Virus record (IMG/VR): IMGVR_UViG_3300032292_000698
Span: 36,984-100,983 of that record
Direction: 5' to 3' (one strand)
Length of the DNA stretch: 64,000 bases
Source: a virus
Taxonomy: Duplodnaviria; Caudoviricetes
Part shown: positions 20,484 through 29,190 of the stretch, one piece after another
Position numbering within the stretch: position 1 is the stretch's first letter
How the letters are laid out: each line of letters opens with the position of its first letter
The notes under the pieces: model-generated
What the model saw: the letters and a program-made list of their open reading frames with translations, nothing else
Told to the model about the DNA's origin: nothing
The model's database searches: none
Made by a program: the position numbers and the translations under genes

Positions 20484-20621
20484 TTACTCTTCTTCATTCA
20501 TCTCTTGCAACTTGTTCTTGTTGAACTTTGAAGGTTTACTCTTTCCTTCAAGCCTATTAAGCTTATTGTTACGCTTAGGACGCTTGAAGTTGTCATCGTT
20601 ACGCCTATAAGTCTTACCCAT
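20484..20621 (-). CDS. small basic protein (45 aa), below the ORF-track cutoff
   Basis: MGKTYRRNDDNFKRPKRNNKLNRLEGKSKPSKFNKNKLQEMNEEE fills the gap exactly. Its TAA lies 2 nt before the next ATG. Confidence 0.65.
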   Translation of the reverse strand: MGKTYRRNDDNFKRPKRNNKLNRLEGKSKPSKFNKNKLQEMNEEE

Positions 20622-20645
20622 ACTCTATTGTCTTGTTAGTTGTTT

Positions 20646-20876
20646 TTACTTAGTACGACGAGAACGAGTACCAGCGAGGGTACGGCTCTTGTCAAGAACC
20701 TCACGAAGGGCACGAATCTGACGACCGTTGAGATCCAATCGGGTCTTACCGACTTGGACAGTCAAACGGGTCGCACGATGAGCACCGTTGGTTGGTCCCG
20801 CAATATAAGTATTGATTGCGGAGGTCTTGCGTTGAACAAAATACGTCTTGCGACGTGAATCATTGATGATCTTCAT
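20646..20876 (-). CDS. small Arg-rich basic protein
   Basis: 76 aa with an A-rich leader and its own promoter-like element. Confidence 0.7.
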   Translation of the reverse strand: MKIINDSRRKTYFVQRKTSAINTYIAGPTNGAHRATRLTVQVGKTRLDLNGRQIRALREVLDKSRTLAGTRSRRTK

Positions 20877-20927
20877 AACTTATTTTTATTTCTTTGTTTC
20901 TGTTAGTTTTTTTACTAACGTGATATA

Positions 20928-20955
20928 ATCATATCATACTTACTCTGTTTGTAAA
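20928..20955 (-). promoter_or_regulatory. sigma70-like promoter
   Basis: TTTACA-16 nt-TATGAT with TGn extended -10. Confidence 0.55.
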
Positions 20956-20968
20956 CCGAATTCTTTTT

Positions 20969-21895
20969 TTATTTGAACTCGTTTTGAAATTTTTCGATTG
21001 CGTAATCTTTGGCTTTAAACTCCATTTCCAGATCCAACGAACCATCGTAGTTACGATACTCAGCCGGAAACTCACGAACATAACCGCCATGTGACCGAGG
21101 ATTCTTTTCGTTGGGGTCATTGTCACTAAAGTGAAACAGTGGCACAAAATTTGACCATGTACTAACAGCCATTTTCAAAGCTTCCTCAGCTGTTTGACGA
21201 CCGGGATTGCAACGAAAATGAAGATTGTCATAGGTGATAGGAATTCCAGTCTGTTGATACACGTGTTCATACAACTGTTCAACATTCCAACTGTTAGGCT
21301 TGTCTTCATTCTCCAAGACCAGTCTACTCTTCACCGAGTCATCAAGATCGTTGTATACGTCAATAAAGCGTTTTGCAATATCCTTTAGATCAGCACCCTT
21401 GAAACAGTTCATGTGAATGTTGATGGGAGCTTCATACGAACGTGGAAGTTGAAGATAATCCATCATTTTGCCGTGAGCATGAAGTTCGATGATCGACTTA
21501 GCCACAGTTTGAACGTTTGCACTAGCAGGTACAACAAATTGATCAGGGTGAGTGCTACAACGAATGTTGTTTTTCCGAATCACTTCAGCAGCAATATCAA
21601 ACTCTTGTTTGATCAAATTGAAGTTGTAGGTGTTTTCAATAACCAGATTAGCTTCTGGAAGAGTTTCCAACGGCATCATACCGCTGCTGACACGATAGTT
21701 CCACTTACGAGATGCACAAAACTCAAGAGTCTTACGAGTTACAACCACGTTGTTGAGAGTACGATCAGCAACAATTCGTTCAGCATTGCTACGCTCCAAC
21801 TGAAGAAACCGAGTTTTGGTCATGGTTGACGCTTGAATTCCTTGTTCTTGAAGTTGAAGAGAGATACAACACAGACTGTAACGATGTTTACGCAT
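20969..21895 (-). CDS. uvsE: UV-damage endonuclease
   Basis: YRVSSGMMP, STHPDQF, INIH, RLVLENED, ITYDNLH and H..Y..E...MEFKAKD. Start placed at MRKHR because the upstream extension runs through the promoter. Confidence 0.92.
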   Translation of the reverse strand: MRKHRYSLCCISLQLQEQGIQASTMTKTRFLQLERSNAERIVADRTLNNVVVTRKTLEFCASRKWNYRVSSGMMPLETLPEANLVIENTYNFNLIKQEFDIAAEVIRKNNIRCSTHPDQFVVPASANVQTVAKSIIELHAHGKMMDYLQLPRSYEAPINIHMNCFKGADLKDIAKRFIDVYNDLDDSVKSRLVLENEDKPNSWNVEQLYEHVYQQTGIPITYDNLHFRCNPGRQTAEEALKMAVSTWSNFVPLFHFSDNDPNEKNPRSHGGYVREFPAEYRNYDGSLDLEMEFKAKDYAIEKFQNEFK

Positions 21896-21900
21896 AAAAA

Positions 21901-21930
21901 GACTGTACCATGTGGGTACAGTCATGTAAA
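21901..21930 (-). promoter_or_regulatory. sigma70-like promoter (leaderless) overlapped by a 9-bp inverted repeat
   Basis: TTTACA-17-TACAGT, 6 nt before the uvsE ATG. The palindrome GACTGTACC-N5-GGTACAGTC spans 21901-21923. Confidence 0.65.
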
Positions 21931-21938
21931 GACTTTTT

Positions 21939-22130
21939 TTAAGAAAATTTGGTCAACTCGCCACGTTTCCAACGATCACCATCGTACACATAAATGTAAT
22001 TCTCACAAATGATAATCTGTCCAACAATTCCTGAAGTTATTGGTGTTGGTTCACACGCAACAGAATTATCTACAATCAATGTAGTAACTGTTGCTGTGCC
22101 TGCTATAGCTTCATCGTAAGTGGTTGGCAT
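21939..22130 (-). CDS. small virion/fibre-like domain protein
   Basis: G.IVGQIIICENYIYVYDGDRWKR motif. Paralogous to the C-terminus of the upstream gene. Confidence 0.65.
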   Translation of the reverse strand: MPTTYDEAIAGTATVTTLIVDNSVACEPTPITSGIVGQIIICENYIYVYDGDRWKRGELTKFS

Positions 22131-22132
22131 AA

Positions 22133-22756
22133 TCAGTAATATACAGAAAGTTCAGAACGTTTCCATTCAACTCCGTCGTAAATGTAAAGATAATTATCAC
22201 ACACTAACACTTGTCCAAAAGTACCTGCGCCCGTAGGAGGACATGGAGTTTCACTGTCAACAATTAGGGTTGTAACGGTTAACGTGCCAACTATAATGTC
22301 TCCCAAGTCGTATGGCGTTGGCGTTGGAGTTGGTGTTACATACGGAGTTGGAGTAGGAAAAATATATGTTACTATCGGAGTATTACATGGCAAAGCCGGT
22401 GTAATTTCACAAATTGTACAAATTTCACTTTGTAAACCTCTGTTTTGCCACTTTGTACCGGGACTTTCGTCCATTTTAACCCAAGTAACATTTTTATTGA
22501 TACCGCCACTCAAAGCTGGATTTGAACACAATCTTTGAATGCTGTTATTTACATAGTTGATTGTGGTAAATGAAGATTCATTCGGATATTTGTATGAAAA
22601 TATATTACCACGTTTTTGTAAAATGGTTCCCACCGGTCCAGTAAACAGGCTATTTGGGGAATTATCTACATACGTTGACGAACTGTACAATTTCTGTACA
22701 GTTATCAATCGATCAATAAATGTAGTAAAGCGGTTATATGAAATAAAGTCTAGCAC
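22133..22756 (-). CDS. putative virion decoration/fibre protein with PT-rich linker
   Basis: FPTPTPYVTPTPTPTPY linker and C-terminal GTFGQVLVCDNYLYIYDGVEWKR. TATTTATA motif upstream. Confidence 0.6.
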   Translation of the reverse strand: MLDFISYNRFTTFIDRLITVQKLYSSSTYVDNSPNSLFTGPVGTILQKRGNIFSYKYPNESSFTTINYVNNSIQRLCSNPALSGGINKNVTWVKMDESPGTKWQNRGLQSEICTICEITPALPCNTPIVTYIFPTPTPYVTPTPTPTPYDLGDIIVGTLTVTTLIVDSETPCPPTGAGTFGQVLVCDNYLYIYDGVEWKRSELSVYY

Positions 22757-22792
22757 AAATAGTCCTATTTATCGTGCTATATAAATATGATG

Positions 22793-23974
22793 TCACCGTC
22801 CAACTTCTTTAAAAAAGTGTTCTTTCGCCGTGACATACGACATATCAATCATGCTATTGTAGTACAAAACATCGTTTTTCAAATTGTTTTCACTCTTCAA
22901 CTTCAAATATCTATCCTTGGCTTTGGGTCTCCACCAGTCTAAAATAGCCTTGGTATCGTCCTTAAACAATGGTTTCATCACCAATTTATCCTCAGAAATC
23001 TTGTTTTGCAAGAATTCCTTGGTATTTTCATAAAAACAACTGTAATAAACACCCCGTTCATACCCATGAACGTATTCTTGAGTCTTTAATTTCAATTCTT
23101 GAAAGATCATACTAATAACTCTTTGTTTTGCACCAGTAACAGGACCAGAAATATTGTCCTTTTGAGTCATTTTCTTGTCGTATTCTCCCTTTTTGTGTTC
23201 CTTAATCCAGTCATGCCATGCTTCATACACAATATCGTCTGGCTTAATAGGAATCTTACCAGCACTGGTTCCACACTTATGCCACCACTTCAAACTGTTA
23301 TACATACTGTAACTACCATAAAGACTTGTAGTAGTCATTCCTACCAAGGTTTGATCATACAGTTTCTTCCAAACATCACGTACTACTGATGATGTCACCA
23401 AACAAGCAACCAATTTTCCACCCAAAAAGTTAAATCCAAAGGGTTGCGTACTCATAATACAACTTCCGATTGCACTATGTACCAACTTACGATCATCCAA
23501 CTTATTCTCAGCAGTCCATCCTACGTACTTGTCTCGGTCATTGATCGTAATCACGTCACTTGATACAGAAACCGCTCCTAGGTACCGTGGGCGTTCTTCA
23601 TTGCCATCTGTAATCAGAAACTTCAAAAACCTTCCCGGTGTCTGACTAAATTCCATGGTATGGCAAAACAACCGCAACATCAACCAATCCAATTCTTGTT
23701 GTTCGGTAGTTACATGAACCATGGTAGGATTCATTTCATCCAACTGTTTCAATGTAAGAGCTTCATCATTAATATCCTTGGGTTTCCAAATTTTGCATTT
23801 TACGTCATCTGATCTACTAGCGTAGCTCTGATATTGTTTGACTTCTTCCCACTTTTTATAGAATGTAGCTTCTTCCACACTCATGGACTTTAACGCATTC
23901 ATGTTATCTATGAACTTCTTTTTTTCAAGTTCATAGTTAAACTCAATGCCTTCCATATCAAAAAAATTAGTCAT
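22793..23974 (-). CDS. DUF4338 / DruA-like protein
   Basis: TPGR.LKFL, RDKYVGW, QPFGFNFLGGKLVA, TTTSLYG.YSMYN and HGYERGVY resemble DUF4338 (DruA) family motifs. Confidence 0.7.
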   Translation of the reverse strand: MTNFFDMEGIEFNYELEKKKFIDNMNALKSMSVEEATFYKKWEEVKQYQSYASRSDDVKCKIWKPKDINDEALTLKQLDEMNPTMVHVTTEQQELDWLMLRLFCHTMEFSQTPGRFLKFLITDGNEERPRYLGAVSVSSDVITINDRDKYVGWTAENKLDDRKLVHSAIGSCIMSTQPFGFNFLGGKLVACLVTSSVVRDVWKKLYDQTLVGMTTTSLYGSYSMYNSLKWWHKCGTSAGKIPIKPDDIVYEAWHDWIKEHKKGEYDKKMTQKDNISGPVTGAKQRVISMIFQELKLKTQEYVHGYERGVYYSCFYENTKEFLQNKISEDKLVMKPLFKDDTKAILDWWRPKAKDRYLKLKSENNLKNDVLYYNSMIDMSYVTAKEHFFKEVGR

Positions 23975-24240
23975 TCTGTTTTAGGTTTATTTCTCTCTAA
24001 GAAATCTACAGTACGAATACGCTTAAAGTCAAACTTAATCGAATCAGACCTTATATCTATATTCTTTATTTCACAGTAAGTCAAAATACAATCCTTTGGC
24101 AGTTTTGTTACTGCTAACTTAACTTCTCGTTCTTCACCAATAGAAAGAGGAGAGTCTAATTCTTTTAGACTCTCCCCATCGTACAAAAAGTACGCGTCAC
24201 CCTTCGCCAATTGAAAATAATAATAGTGCTTTCTCTTCAT
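23971..24240 (-). CDS. hypothetical protein
   Basis: 89 aa ORF with an ATGA overlap with the next gene. Confidence 0.6.
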   Translation of the reverse strand: MKRKHYYYFQLAKGDAYFLYDGESLKELDSPLSIGEEREVKLAVTKLPKDCILTYCEIKNIDIRSDSIKFDFKRIRTVDFLERNKPKTE

Positions 24241-24294
24241 AGTATTGAGTTATTCACTCATATACATAGAACAGAAAACACTATCTTGGTTATT

Positions 24295-24711
24295 TTAAAC
24301 AGTCTCAGGAACCTGTCCCTCAACCTTGGCAATCACCGGCTCTGACACTACAGACTCTTCAGTTTCAACCGTATTGGCTGCCACACTCACAACATTAACC
24401 ATGTTGGGAATATTCTCATCAACAATAACTCCAGCATTACGAGCTGCCTCAACGGTGGCTTGTGAAACAGGAGCATTGGCAAACACCAACTTGGGACGGC
24501 CCTTAACACCCTTGAGAGTACCCAACTTCACCACTTGCTTCTCTTCGATAGCGTTGGTAAGACGCACACGAAGCGTAATCAAAATAAAGTGTTGGTTGTG
24601 ATCCCACAGACTGGGAATGTTAGGATGGGACTCACAGGTCTCCATCGTGTAAAAACCAGTAGGCCAGTAAACGGTCAATCCGGTCTTGTTCTGTCGATTA
24701 GTCTTTTTCAT
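24295..24711 (-). CDS. putative winged-helix DNA-binding protein
   Basis: ITLRVRLTNAIEEKQVVKLGTLKGVKGRPKLVF resembles a recognition helix plus a GRP wing. Confidence 0.5.
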   Translation of the reverse strand: MKKTNRQNKTGLTVYWPTGFYTMETCESHPNIPSLWDHNQHFILITLRVRLTNAIEEKQVVKLGTLKGVKGRPKLVFANAPVSQATVEAARNAGVIVDENIPNMVNVVSVAANTVETEESVVSEPVIAKVEGQVPETV

Positions 24712-24737
24712 ATTTTATATTATCCTTTCTTATTTGT

Positions 24738-26786
24738 TTAGATTTTACTTGTACTGCTCAAAAACATATCATTCAAAGTCTTAGCCACACTCACAATGTT
24801 GGTCACATCAATATAACGAGCATCTTGACCATACATCGTTTTGAAATGTGGCTGTGACTGTGCATTTTCGTTTCGGTTTCCAATGTAATACGATAGAACG
24901 GTATATCCCTTCTTTCGGATTTCATTAACCTGTTTACGGGTATGATTCGCTCCATTCTGGTAACTGTAGTGAATGTATGCACCGTTCTTATGATAACTGT
25001 AGCAAGGTTCACCATCAGAAAAGTTCACAAAGTAACAATCCTCGTTTTCTTCCTTATCACGCAACATATCCATGATAGCTTCAAAACACAATCCCTCAGG
25101 AGTGCTTCCATTAGCAACCAAATACGGAAACATATTACGAACCTTGGCAAATGAGTCTTTCGTAGAATCATACACCATAGCAATATACGGAAGTGAATTA
25201 CCCCTACTAGTAGCACGAATACTCACACTCACTTTCAGATTGTTAATCATTGAAGCAGCCTTACAAATGGCGGTTGCAGCAGTAATAGTCTTTCGCCACT
25301 TATCACCAACCATACTAGAACTAGCATCAATACTGAGATGAAGATAAGCATGCTTGTATTGATCAACCTCGTTACGATAAAACACGTTCTCATTAGAGAT
25401 ACCAAGTTCAGCCAATACACGTCGATCAATCTTACCCATTGACTTTCTCATGTACTTAGTAACATTCACTTCACTACGAACACTCAGACGTTTACCCAAC
25501 AGATTGCCAAGTTGAATACCACGATTCACTGCGGCAAGAGTATCAGGATCAGGATTTCCGGCCAAATCAAAACGTGAACACGGAAACTGATCAGACATAA
25601 GAAGTTCCTTGGTAAGGTTCTTCACAACCACACACTCAACACCAGAAGTGATCGGAGAACTGTCGTCCATCTTGGTTCCAACATTGACAATCGTCACTCC
25701 AGCCTTTTCAAGATCACCCAAAATCTTGGCTTCACGAGCAGTAACCTTACGTTTCTTGATTTGACCAAGAATAAACGCCTTTTGTTTGTTCAAAGCCTTA
25801 TCAATCAAATTACGTTTGGATTTAGAAACGCCAGACTCTTCGTTTTTCTTTTTGGTAGTCTCTTCATTTGACTGTGCAGCACTAGAATTGCTACAGGTAG
25901 ATTCAACACCACCGAAAACGTTACTTGCACTGGAACCAGACACATCAGAACCACTATCAGAACCACTATCAGTGCCATCAACTATCACAATGATACTTGA
26001 ACCAGATTGTTCTGAACCAGCATTTTCTTCTTTCTGTTGATCTTGTGTGTCAACATTGGCATAAATGATCTTACACACTTCTACTGCCACGTCAAAACGA
26101 TCTTTGGTAGTGGTAAGACGACCAATATTCTTGAGATCAAGAACATTAGCAATATCACGAAAACCAGGCAAAGCATCCAGATCGGTGTTACGATTGACGA
26201 TATTGATCAAACGAGCATCATAAGATTGAATAGTCTTACTACGATACAGTTCGGACTTCAACATCGAATCAACGTGTTTACTGTGGAAATACTTTTCATA
26301 CAGAGCCAGATAATATCCACGATAACCGGGAGCGGTTTGATAAACATAGTTATCAATAAACCGATCCTCGACAACGTTGTGAACATTCTTCAAGAATTCC
26401 ACCACTTCCATCTTGGAAAATCCCTTGGGTCCAGCGATATCGTACAACTCACGGGGAACATTCTGCCAAATATCTGTGACAACACGGAAATCAGTCAAGG
26501 CAACATGTGATCCCTCATGGAGGGCCAGACCCACCATCGTATCAAAATCTTCAGGATTCTCAATGTCAGCGGACAAATAGACCGTTTTACCATCGGTCAT
26601 ATTTGCATCAGCGTCGTTGTAAATAACAGGAATAGACTTTCCAGTAAGGATGTTAACAAAATTGGAAATAGCTCTCCGGGTCATATTCATACGAATAAGA
26701 CGAGCAGTATCATCCTGACTTTCAAACTCTTCAAAGTCGAAGTCATCCATCCAAAAATCAGAATGTATTGTAGAGTTGTTCTTCAT
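24738..26786 (-). CDS. VWA-domain protein with N-terminal HExxH metallopeptidase-like domain (CobT/NorD-like)
   Basis: LALHEGSH and NVVEDRFI, a Ser/Asp-rich linker, MIDAS IDASSSM, GSTPEG and FSDGEP. Confidence 0.88.
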   Translation of the reverse strand: MKNNSTIHSDFWMDDFDFEEFESQDDTARLIRMNMTRRAISNFVNILTGKSIPVIYNDADANMTDGKTVYLSADIENPEDFDTMVGLALHEGSHVALTDFRVVTDIWQNVPRELYDIAGPKGFSKMEVVEFLKNVHNVVEDRFIDNYVYQTAPGYRGYYLALYEKYFHSKHVDSMLKSELYRSKTIQSYDARLINIVNRNTDLDALPGFRDIANVLDLKNIGRLTTTKDRFDVAVEVCKIIYANVDTQDQQKEENAGSEQSGSSIIVIVDGTDSGSDSGSDVSGSSASNVFGGVESTCSNSSAAQSNEETTKKKNEESGVSKSKRNLIDKALNKQKAFILGQIKKRKVTAREAKILGDLEKAGVTIVNVGTKMDDSSPITSGVECVVVKNLTKELLMSDQFPCSRFDLAGNPDPDTLAAVNRGIQLGNLLGKRLSVRSEVNVTKYMRKSMGKIDRRVLAELGISNENVFYRNEVDQYKHAYLHLSIDASSSMVGDKWRKTITAATAICKAASMINNLKVSVSIRATSRGNSLPYIAMVYDSTKDSFAKVRNMFPYLVANGSTPEGLCFEAIMDMLRDKEENEDCYFVNFSDGEPCYSYHKNGAYIHYSYQNGANHTRKQVNEIRKKGYTVLSYYIGNRNENAQSQPHFKTMYGQDARYIDVTNIVSVAKTLNDMFLSSTSKI

Positions 26787-26795
26787 AGTGTTAAC

Positions 26796-26824
26796 ATCCT
26801 ACTGGATTGTTATAACTTTGTCAA
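26796..26824 (-). promoter_or_regulatory. sigma70-like promoter (near-leaderless)
   Basis: TTGACA-17-TAGGAT, 9 nt before the ATG. Confidence 0.75.
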
Positions 26825-26833
26825 CCACTTTTT

Positions 26834-27775
26834 TTAGAAAGGCGGCTGAGTCTTCACAAACGGATCGTTCATCAACGGATCTTCAGTGGCTTCACTCGGA
26901 ATATACTTTTGAACAACCTGCTTAACGTAGGTACGTTCACTCTCAATGCCACCGTCGTTTGAAAACTCAGGATAAATGGCAGCTTCAGCAATCTCACGAA
27001 GACTGAATCCATCTTTGGACAGTTCAACCATTTCACACACAGCACGGGTTGAAACAAAGTTGGTAATACGACCATCCTCTTGGCGATACTGATCACGTGT
27101 ATGAGACGCAATATCACAAATAGAAGAAATGGTGTTGAACAACTGAGTATCAGACGTGTCAATTTTGAAACGTTTGACCATCAAATTGAGTTCAGACTGC
27201 TTGTCCAGAAAATCCATCTCAATCTTGACAGAGAATCGATCCATCAAAGCACGGTCCATAACACGGGTGGCAGTATACTGATTACCGATATTGGCAGTAC
27301 CAATGAAACACACACCTTCTGCCACTTTAACCACAGCACTATCCTTACGTTCATCCAATCGAAGATAACGTTGAAGAGAGTCGAGAACCGTCATCATGAT
27401 GTTTGCAGCATCATGGTGAGCACGACTGATTTCATCCAGAAGAATGACAGCGCCAGGAGTCTGAATGGCACGAATAAAAGTGGATTCAGCGAAAATGGTA
27501 CCGGTGTCCTTCTCAAAATGAGTGTTACCAATAAGAGCACTACGAGCATCCTGAGTGGATCCCATGTTGAAGTAGAAGAACGGACGGTCAAGAACCTTCG
27601 CCACAGTTTGGGCAGCGAGAGTCTTACCGCAACCGGTGGGTCCAATCATCAGAACGTTCTTTCCGTAGAGGGCAGAACGTACCAAGTACTTCCACTTGGT
27701 GTCCGAGATGATCACATCATCCGGACGCTTAGAAACTGCGGTGGCGAGGATTTGATTGACGGGAGCGTTGTTCAT
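26834..27775 (-). CDS. MoxR/CbbQ-like AAA+ ATPase
   Basis: GPTGCGKT Walker A, ILLDEISR Walker B, GTAN sensor, MDRALMDRF and STR. Confidence 0.92.
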   Translation of the reverse strand: MNNAPVNQILATAVSKRPDDVIISDTKWKYLVRSALYGKNVLMIGPTGCGKTLAAQTVAKVLDRPFFYFNMGSTQDARSALIGNTHFEKDTGTIFAESTFIRAIQTPGAVILLDEISRAHHDAANIMMTVLDSLQRYLRLDERKDSAVVKVAEGVCFIGTANIGNQYTATRVMDRALMDRFSVKIEMDFLDKQSELNLMVKRFKIDTSDTQLFNTISSICDIASHTRDQYRQEDGRITNFVSTRAVCEMVELSKDGFSLREIAEAAIYPEFSNDGGIESERTYVKQVVQKYIPSEATEDPLMNDPFVKTQPPF

Positions 27776-27796
27776 AACTTAGATTTGATTTTCTTT

Positions 27797-27824
27797 ATCC
27801 TACACCCCCGCTAAAAAAAGTCAA
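27797..27824 (-). promoter_or_regulatory. sigma70-like promoter
   Basis: TTGACT-16-TAGGAT, immediately after a terminator. Confidence 0.6.
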
Positions 27825-27825
27825 C

Positions 27826-27854
27826 AAAAAAGCCGCTATTATTTTAGCGGCTTT
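27826..27854 (-). terminator. intrinsic terminator
   Basis: AAAGCCGCTA-aaataa-TAGCGGCTTT followed by a U-run on the minus strand. Confidence 0.8.
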
Positions 27855-27883
27855 CGTGAACTGTATGTGGCAACTAAATTTGG

Positions 27884-28180
27884 TTACCTGTGTACATGAT
27901 GATGTCTATGTCCACCCACCCAAACAACTGGCTGAGGACAATAGGTGACCACAGGAGCAGCATAAACAACTGGTTGTGGAACATATACGACTGTCGGTTG
28001 CACGTAAACCACGGGTTGTGGTGCTACGTAAACAACTTGTGGCTGTGGAACGTATACTGGCTGTGTGTAAACGACCGGATGTCCGAAGCCAATTGAAACT
28101 CCCCAACTGAATCCTCCAGCATTAACAGAGGCAATTGAAAGCAGTCCAACGACAATTGATGTGATTAGTGTTCTTTTCAT
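27884..28180 (-). CDS. secreted PXPV-repeat-like protein
   Basis: Signal peptide (MKRTLITSIVVGLLSIASVNA), repeated (Q)PVVY(V) units and a His-rich tail. Confidence 0.75.
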   Translation of the reverse strand: MKRTLITSIVVGLLSIASVNAGGFSWGVSIGFGHPVVYTQPVYVPQPQVVYVAPQPVVYVQPTVVYVPQPVVYAAPVVTYCPQPVVWVGGHRHHHVHR

Positions 28181-28234
28181 AGGTTTTATCCAACAGTGAC
28201 TTGACTGTTACGGATAATCCCGAATTCAATCAAT

Positions 28235-28918
28235 TCACTTAAATTTGATGGTCAACTCGTCATCCTTTTGCTTAGGATACTTGTACTTGGCCTTTTCGCC
28301 CTTCAAAGAATGATCAGATTGTTTTTCAACCTTCTTTAAATTGACATCTTGCATTGGTTGATCGGGCAAATCTTCTTCCTTTTCAACTGCATCCACTACC
28401 TTTTCATCGGTTTCTTGTGGTTTGTCACCTTGATTCTTCTTCTTTTCCTTATCAACGCTGTTTTCTGCGGCTTTGTTGTAAGCAGCATCAAGATAATTTG
28501 GTTTATCGCTGGTCAAATAGTCCTTGATGAAGTCTTTGACTTCATCATATGTCAAACCAATCTTCTTGGTACGATCCGTCTTGTCTTTGTATGCCAATAC
28601 TTCAAAACTGTTGTTCCAACGAGGACGAACGTGAATATGATATGGTTCACAACCACACAATTCAAAGTTACCTGCGTCATTTTTGGTTACGCTGTAACTC
28701 TTGTTGATCTTTTTTGCTTCTTTATTGAGTTCTTCTTCAATTTCAGTACAAGTCTTTTCGAATTCAGTGGACTTTTCCTCAATCACTTCAGCGATAAGTC
28801 CCTTGAGAAGGGTAGCAAACTTAGTGTTTTCATCTAACCGCTTCTTTTGTTCTTTACGTTCAGCAATTACTTCCTTAATTGATTCGGAAACGAGTTGGCG
28901 CAATTGATCAATTTTCAT
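28235..28918 (-). CDS. hypothetical charged protein (candidate virion-internal protein)
   Basis: Start MKIDQLRQLVSESIKEVIAE lies just after the TATTTATA motif. The longer ORF-track start crosses a terminator. Confidence 0.75.
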   Translation of the reverse strand: MKIDQLRQLVSESIKEVIAERKEQKKRLDENTKFATLLKGLIAEVIEEKSTEFEKTCTEIEEELNKEAKKINKSYSVTKNDAGNFELCGCEPYHIHVRPRWNNSFEVLAYKDKTDRTKKIGLTYDEVKDFIKDYLTSDKPNYLDAAYNKAAENSVDKEKKKNQGDKPQETDEKVVDAVEKEEDLPDQPMQDVNLKKVEKQSDHSLKGEKAKYKYPKQKDDELTIKFK

Positions 28919-28956
28919 ATTATGTCTATAAATATAGGTAGTTAACATATAACAAC

Positions 28957-28987
28957 AAAAAAAGAACACCCTTTTGGAGTGTTCTTT
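28957..28987 (-). terminator. intrinsic terminator
   Basis: AAAGAACAC-loop-GTGTTCTTT hairpin plus U-run, downstream of nrdB and the small peptide gene. Confidence 0.75.
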
Positions 28988-29006
28988 GACTGTTCGATCT
29001 ATCGAA

Positions 29007-29162
29007 TTAACGACGTTGTGATCCAGATGATCCCGAGGATCCTGAAGATCCAGACTTGCCACCAGAACTTGTTGGCTTGGTAGCAGGCTTAGAACCACTT
29101 GATCCATTAGCACCGGCTGAAGCGGTTGGCTTTGGAGTTGGTGTTGGTGTTGGCTTTGGCAT
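29007..29162 (-). CDS. 51-aa Pro/Thr/Ser/Gly low-complexity peptide
   Basis: MPKPTPTPTPKPTASAGANGSSGSKPATKPTSSGGKSGSSGSSGSSGSQRR, preceded by an AAGGA SD and followed by a terminator. Confidence 0.7.
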   Translation of the reverse strand: MPKPTPTPTPKPTASAGANGSSGSKPATKPTSSGGKSGSSGSSGSSGSQRR

Positions 29163-29190
29163 ATGTTTTCCTTTTGTTATAACTTGATGA

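Noticed and set aside
22793-23974. Complete Druantia defence system
   Set aside because: No DruE helicase or DruB-D genes in the window.
28919-29113. N-terminal extension of the 28235-29113 ORF
   Set aside because: It crosses a terminator and the TATTTATA motif and overlaps the 51-aa peptide gene. ATG 28918 is the better start.
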